A stretch of 32,145 nt of DNA from Candidatus Krumholzibacteriia bacterium (lineage in GTDB: Bacteria > Krumholzibacteriota > Krumholzibacteriia > LZORAL124-64-63), in NCBI GenBank assembly GCA_036351155.1, contig JAZBOO010000247.1, positions 1 through 32,145 on the forward strand, read 5' to 3'. Numbering within the stretch: the stretch's first letter is position 1; every line of letters starts with the position of its first letter. The notes beneath the pieces were generated by a model. That model did not search any database, had not been told where the DNA came from, and saw only the letters and a program-made list of their open reading frames with translations. The position numbers were made by a program, and so were the translations under genes. Below are positions 27,911 through 32,145 of the stretch, in pieces.

Positions 27911-28990
27911 ATGTCCAGTTCATTCGGCCACCTTTTCCGGATCACCACCTTCGGCGAATCCCACGGCGGCGGGGTGGGCGTCATCATCGATGGCTGCCCC
28001 TCGCGTCTGGCCCTCGGCCCCGAGGATATCCAGCTCCAGCTGGACCGCCGTCGCCCCGGTCAGGGAGCCCTGACCACCCCCCGCAATGAAGCCGACCGGG
28101 TGGAGATCCTTGCGGGCGTGGAAGACGGACTGACCCTGGGCTCTCCCGTGGCCATGCTGGTCCGGAACCGCGACCAGAAACCTGGCGACTACCGGGACAT
28201 GCAGGACATTCCCCGCCCCTCCCATGCCGATTTCACCTACCGGGAAAAGTTCGGCATCAAGTCGGCCAGCGGCGGCGGGCGGGCCAGTGCCCGGGAAACC
28301 ATTGGCCGGGTGGCCGGCGGTGCGGTGGCCGAGAAATGGCTGCGGGATAAGTACGGCGTGGAAATCGTGGCCTTCGTGGACAGCGTGGCCGGCATCCAGG
28401 CTCCGACACCCGATCTGGGGAGCTTGACACGAGCCTTGGTGGACCAGAACGAGGTCCGATGCCCCGATCCTGACCTGGCCCAGGCCATGGCTGCGGCCAT
28501 CCTGGCGGCCCGCGGAGATCGGGATTCGGTGGGCGGCACCATCACCTGCGTTTGTCGCCAGGTCCCTGCAGGCTGGGGTGAACCGGTGTTCGACAAGTGC
28601 GAGGCGCTGCTGGCCCGGGCCATGCTGTCCATTCCCGCCGCCAAGGGCTTCGAGTCCGGCTCGGGATTTGCCGGGGCCAGCCTGAGAGGCTCGCAAAACA
28701 ACGATCCCTTCCGGTCCGAGAATGGAGTCCTGACCACGGCCAGCAACAATTCCGGGGGAATCCAGGGAGGCATCACCAACGGGCAGCCCCTGGTTTTTCG
28801 GGTGGCTTTCAAGCCCCCGGCCACCATTGGCACCCCTCAGCAGACGGTCGATTTCTCCGGTCAGGATGTCACGCTGGAAGGCAAGGGCCGCCATGACCCC
28901 TGTGTTCTGCCGCGGGCCGTGCCCATCGTCGAGAGCATGGCCGCCCTGGTGCTGGCCGACCTGGCTCTGCGCCAGCAATCCCGCCGCTGA
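27911..28990 (+). CDS. aroC: Chorismate synthase
   Basis: Start ATG 27911 after [59 protein letters not shown]. Confidence 0.98.
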   Translation: MSSSFGHLFRITTFGESHGGGVGVIIDGCPSRLALGPEDIQLQLDRRRPGQGALTTPRNEADRVEILAGVEDGLTLGSPVAMLVRNRDQKPGDYRDMQDIPRPSHADFTYREKFGIKSASGGGRASARETIGRVAGGAVAEKWLRDKYGVEIVAFVDSVAGIQAPTPDLGSLTRALVDQNEVRCPDPDLAQAMAAAILAARGDRDSVGGTITCVCRQVPAGWGEPVFDKCEALLARAMLSIPAAKGFESGSGFAGASLRGSQNNDPFRSENGVLTTASNNSGGIQGGITNGQPLVFRVAFKPPATIGTPQQTVDFSGQDVTLEGKGRHDPCVLPRAVPIVESMAALVLADLALRQQSRR

Positions 28991-28999
28991 GTTCCCCGG

Positions 29000-29329
29000 T
29001 CAATCCAGGCCGGGGATGATGTCCCGCAGATCCTGCACATAGTCGGCGAACAGCTTCCGGCCCCTGGCCGTGGGCCGCACCGTGGTGAGCGGCCGCTTCC
29101 CCTCGAAGGTCTTGCGCACGGTGACCAGCTTGCCCTCCTCCAGCTTCGCCAGATGGACCGAGAGGGTGCCGTCGGTCAAGTTGAGCTGTTTCCGGATCTC
29201 GGTGAAGGGCAGGGCGCGCCCCGCACGCAAAAGACACGACAGGATCAGCAACCTGACCCGGCCGTGAATGAGCGGCAACAAGGGTGACCGGAGGTCCCGG
29301 TCCTTCCCGGTGGAATTTTCCTGCGCCAC
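29000..29329 (-). CDS. Small winged-helix transcriptional regulator (HTH_34 / ArsR-MarR-like)
   Basis: GTG 8 nt after AAGGAGG; LIHGRVRLLILSCL...PFTEIRKQLNLTDGTLSVHLAKLEEGKLV...KTFEGKRPLT...TARGRKLFADY. Confidence 0.9.
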   Translation of the reverse strand: MAQENSTGKDRDLRSPLLPLIHGRVRLLILSCLLRAGRALPFTEIRKQLNLTDGTLSVHLAKLEEGKLVTVRKTFEGKRPLTTVRPTARGRKLFADYVQDLRDIIPGLD

Positions 29330-29722
29330 GCCCTGGGCCTCCTTGCCGGGCGTTGTCTTCGATCAACCAGGCCGGTCGCCTCCTTGCGAACGGAACATTC
29401 GGGGGTTTGGTCAGGGACCGACGGTGTGTGCCATGATGTCGGTACTCGTCGGTCCCTGGAGTTCAGGAACGGCCACCCTGCCGCATCCTGAAGGGGTCAA
29501 CCCGATGATTGTGGCCTCAGGCCCGCCAACCCTTCTTCCGCACGTCCTTGTGCAGGAAGATGGTTGACGAGGGGGCGGCTGGCACCCAGGACCAGTGATC
29601 CGCCCCCTAGCCGTCCGGAGTTCCTTCTCCAGCTCCCTCGCGGGGGTCCGTTGTTCCGTCAGGACCCGGCATTCAACCATCGCGATCAACCAACCCGATC
29701 TGTCGTCCCAGCTGATCTCGTA
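29330..29722 (-). ncRNA. Candidate structured RNA or long 5' leader with repeated ANGGAN hexaloops
   Basis: Follows a good promoter; has no credible ORF; contains at least seven hairpins and 14 GGA, 8 of them ANGGA. The 5' end is predicted, not observed. Confidence 0.5.
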
Positions 29723-29725
29723 TGG

Positions 29726-29759
29726 ACTTTTATATTTCAAGTACTTTAGGTTTTCAAGT
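29726..29759 (-). promoter_or_regulatory. sigma70 promoter (TTGAAA-N17-TATAAA) covered by two tandem 17-bp ACTT-N9-AAGT boxes
   Basis: Minus strand ACTTGAAAACCTAAAGT|ACTTGAAATATAAAAGT; -35 at 29752-29757, -10 at 29729-29734. Confidence 0.7.
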
Positions 29760-29931
29760 GAAAAAACGAAAAAAGATGAAGAATCCTGATGGGACTGATG
29801 AACCGCGTCGAAATGTCCTCGGTCGAGCAACGTAAGGGAAAGCATTGCAATGCCTTGAGCGACCTGCGGATTTTTCGACACGGCTCATCAGTCCCATCAG
29901 GATTCTGATTCCTTTTTCGTTTCTTCACTTG
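29755..29931. repeat. Long imperfect inverted repeat (~71-bp arms, 34-nt spacer)
   Basis: Arms 29755-29825 and 29860-29931; perfect 22-bp core AGAATCCTGATGGGACTGATGA / TCATCAGTCCCATCAGGATTCT. Confidence 0.95.
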
Positions 29932-29999
29932 CGGGAGGGTTGGCATAGCTGGGTTGGACTGCAAAAAATGTGATGTTGAGAAATTCAGAATGACTAGAC

Positions 30000-30028
30000 T
30001 TGGATACCGCTGAGGTAGGCCTTATCTT
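30000..30028 (+). promoter_or_regulatory. Putative sigma70 promoter of rocD
   Basis: TTGGAT-N17-TATCTT, ~130 nt upstream of the start codon. Confidence 0.35.
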
Positions 30029-30155
30029 GGTCCCGGTTTGCCGCCCACCTTTCTGAACCCAAGCGGCGCCCCAACGCATCTGCCCGGACGGACCGACGCC
30101 ATGATCCAATCCCCGGTTTCCCGGACAGGGCACTGACACCATGAAGGAGGTTGCC

Positions 30156-31355
30156 ATGAAGACCGAAAAGCTCATCAAGATGGAAGACCAGTTCGGAGCC
30201 AACAATTATCATCCCTTGGACATCGTCATCAAGAAGGCGGAAGGCGTCTGGGTTGAAGACGTCGAAGGCAACAAGTTCATGGATTTTCTGGCCGCCTACA
30301 GCGCCGTGAACCAGGGCCACTGCCACCCCCGCCTGTTGAAGGCCCTGCGCCGCCAGGCCGCCAAGGTCACCCTGACCAGCCGCGCCTTCCGCAATGACCA
30401 GCTGCCTTACTTCTGCCAGGAGGTCTGCGAGCTGACCGGTTTCGACCGGGTGTTGCCCATGAACTCCGGCGCCGAGGCCGTCGAGACCGCCATCAAGGCC
30501 GCCCGCAAGTGGGGCGAAAAGGTCAAGGGCATCAAGAAGAACAAGGCCGAGATCATCGTCTGTGCCGACAACTTCCACGGCCGCACCACCACCATCGTGG
30601 GCTTCAGCACCGAGGAAGCCTACAAGGACGGCTTCGGCCCCTTCACTCCCGGCTTCAAGGTCATTCCCTTCGGTGACGCCAAGGCCCTCGAGGCCGCGAT
30701 CACCAAGAACACCTGCGCCTTCATGGTCGAGCCCGTGCAGGGCGAGGCCGGCATCAACGTGCCTCCCAAGGGTTTCCTGAAATGTGCCGCCGACCTGTGC
30801 AAGAAGAACAACGTGCTGTTCATTGCCGATGAGATCCAGAGCGGTCTGGGCCGCACCGGCAAGCTGTTCGCCTACATGCACGAGGACATCACCCCCGACG
30901 CCGTGATCATCGGCAAGGCTCTCAGCGGCGGCTTCTACCCTGTGTCGGCTTTCCTGGCCGGCGACGAGGTCATGGGCGTTTTCAATCCCGGCGACCACGG
31001 CAGCACCTTCGGCGGCAACCCCCTGGGCATGGCCGTGGCGCGCGAGGCTTTGAAGGTCCTCATCGAGGAGAAACTGGTGGAGAACAGCGCCAAGCTGGGC
31101 CCCTGGTTCATGGGTGAACTGCAGAAGATGAATTACAAGAGCATCAAGAAGGTGCGGGGCCAGGGCCTGTTCATCGGTCTGGTGCTGGATCGTCCGGCCC
31201 GCCCCTACTGTGAGGCCCTCAAGGCCGAAGGCATGCTCTGCAAGGAGACCCACGAGAACGTCATCCGTTTTGCTCCTCCTCTGGTCATCACCAAGAAGGA
31301 ACTGAACATGGCGCTGCGCCGGATCAACAAGGTGTTCAAGAAGCTGGACGGCTAG
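30156..31355 (+). CDS. rocD: Ornithine--oxo-acid transaminase
   Basis: Start ATG 30156 after [88 protein letters not shown]. Confidence 0.96.
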   Translation: MKTEKLIKMEDQFGANNYHPLDIVIKKAEGVWVEDVEGNKFMDFLAAYSAVNQGHCHPRLLKALRRQAAKVTLTSRAFRNDQLPYFCQEVCELTGFDRVLPMNSGAEAVETAIKAARKWGEKVKGIKKNKAEIIVCADNFHGRTTTIVGFSTEEAYKDGFGPFTPGFKVIPFGDAKALEAAITKNTCAFMVEPVQGEAGINVPPKGFLKCAADLCKKNNVLFIADEIQSGLGRTGKLFAYMHEDITPDAVIIGKALSGGFYPVSAFLAGDEVMGVFNPGDHGSTFGGNPLGMAVAREALKVLIEEKLVENSAKLGPWFMGELQKMNYKSIKKVRGQGLFIGLVLDRPARPYCEALKAEGMLCKETHENVIRFAPPLVITKKELNMALRRINKVFKKLDG

Positions 31356-31376
31356 TTTGACTATGCCTTATTTTGG

Positions 31377-31407
31377 GGCCCGGGGCGTTTGCTCCGGGCC
31401 TTTTTTT
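31377..31407 (+). terminator. Intrinsic terminator after rocD
   Basis: GGCCCGGGGC-GTTT-GCTCCGGGCC followed by T7. Confidence 0.88.
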
Positions 31408-31438
31408 GGGCCTTTCCAAATCCAAGGACGGAAACCTC

Positions 31439-32145
31439 ATGGCCTCCTGGGTCTTCGCATCAGATCTGCACGGAAAAACCGAACGCTACCGCAGCCTCCT
31501 GCGAATCATGGCCGAGGAGATACCGCAAGCCGTCCTGCTGGGAGGCGACCTGCTGCCCCACGCCATGGACAGCTCGTGGTCAGCCAACCCTGACCACCAT
31601 GATTTCCTGGCCGATTTCCTGACGCCCGCCTTGCAGAAAGTCCAGGCCACCCTGGGCCCGGACTACCCGCAGATTTTTCTGATCCTGGGCAACGATGATC
31701 CGGCATTTCACGAAGAGACACTGCGGGAAGGAGAGCAGCGCGGGCTGTGGCAGTATGTCCACGGGCGGCAGGTCGAGCACCTGGGCTTCACCATCCTGGG
31801 CTACAACTGTATTCCGCCCTCGCCTTTCCAGCTCAAGGACTGGGAGCGCTACGATGTTTCCCGCTACGTCGATCCGGGATGTCTCTCACCCGAAGAAGGT
31901 CGGCACACCGGGGGCCTGGAGGCCAGGGATCTTCGACACACCACCATGGCCCAGGAACTGAAGGAACTGTCCGCAGGCGTGGCCGATTTCCGCCGCACCA
32001 TTCTGCTCAGCCACTGTCCCCCGTATGACTGCCCCCTGGACCGGGCGGCCCTGGACGGCAAGACGGTGGACCACGTCCCGCTGGACGTCCACATCGGCAG
32101 CATCGCGATCAAAAGATTCATCGAGGACAAGCAGCCGCTGCTGAC
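31439..32145 (+). CDS. Calcineurin-like metallophosphoesterase, N-terminal part (runs off the window; not in the ORF track)
   Basis: Manual translation from ATG 31439: MASWVFASDLHG...VLLGGDLLP...FLILGNDD...LLSHCPP...VHIGSIAIKRFIEDKQPLL, showing the DxH, GD, GN and H metal motifs. Confidence 0.9.
   Translation, partial: MASWVFASDLHGKTERYRSLLRIMAEEIPQAVLLGGDLLPHAMDSSWSANPDHHDFLADFLTPALQKVQATLGPDYPQIFLILGNDDPAFHEETLREGEQRGLWQYVHGRQVEHLGFTILGYNCIPPSPFQLKDWERYDVSRYVDPGCLSPEEGRHTGGLEARDLRHTTMAQELKELSAGVADFRRTILLSHCPPYDCPLDRAALDGKTVDHVPLDVHIGSIAIKRFIEDKQPLL

Noticed and set aside
29411..29881. 156-aa ORF across the structured intergenic region
   Set aside because: It runs through the promoter, operator and inverted repeat, has no RBS or recognisable domain, and its composition is not protein-like.
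29791..29900. CTGATGA...GAAA in both arms of the long inverted repeat, resembling a hammerhead ribozyme core
   Set aside because: Stem II would be at most one base pair, and I cannot build stem III with an NUH cleavage triplet adjoining stem I on either strand. The core would also be sequestered in the long duplex.
29755..29931. 6S RNA identity for the 177-nt hairpin
   Set aside because: The size fits, but there is no large central bubble; the arms pair almost continuously. Not called without a covariance-model hit.
29330..29931. Retron ncRNA, tmRNA, RNase P RNA, SRP RNA, T-box or known riboswitch
   Set aside because: No reverse transcriptase is present in the window, and I found none of the diagnostic sequence motifs on either strand by eye.
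29941..29962. TGGCA upstream of rocD as a sigma54 promoter
   Set aside because: There is no GC at the required GG-N10-GC spacing.
1..32145. Defence system, prophage, transposase, integrase, CRISPR array, tRNA or rRNA
   Set aside because: No supporting motifs or repeat-spacer periodicity seen; nearly all coding capacity is explained by housekeeping and secreted proteins.

Overview
GC-rich bacterial chromosomal window that is mostly housekeeping, with no mobile element, CRISPR array, rRNA or tRNA that I can support. Left arm, minus strand, listed right to left in transcription order: ychF-like ATPase, GT-C/TPR membrane protein, a Spy/CpxP-ECF sigma-ZAS anti-sigma-periplasmic sensor cassette, a TPR lipoprotein, then rho-rpmE-DUF1385-prfA (prfA truncated by the window edge). 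Middle: a small FN3 protein, two convergent secreted proteins sharing a C-terminal FlgD-Ig 'PNPFNP' domain (reminiscent of FCB-superphylum candidate lineages such as Krumholzibacteriota/Latescibacterota; inference), a rhodanese-methyltransferase fusion and glgP. Right: trpE-trpG-trpD-trpCF-trpB-trpA-aroF, divergent aroC, a small winged-helix regulator, rocD and a partial metallophosphoesterase. The most interesting signals are non-coding and absent from the ORF track. (1) A complete predicted trp attenuator with a 41-aa leader carrying four non-adjacent Trp codons. (2) An 826-bp intergenic region (29330-30155) containing a promoter covered by tandem palindromic boxes, a ~390-nt hairpin-dense RNA with repeated ANGGAN hexaloops (CsrA/RsmA-sponge-like) and repeated GGUUG, and a 177-bp long inverted repeat whose single-base mismatches are mostly G:U pairs on one strand. 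All structure calls were made by eye.
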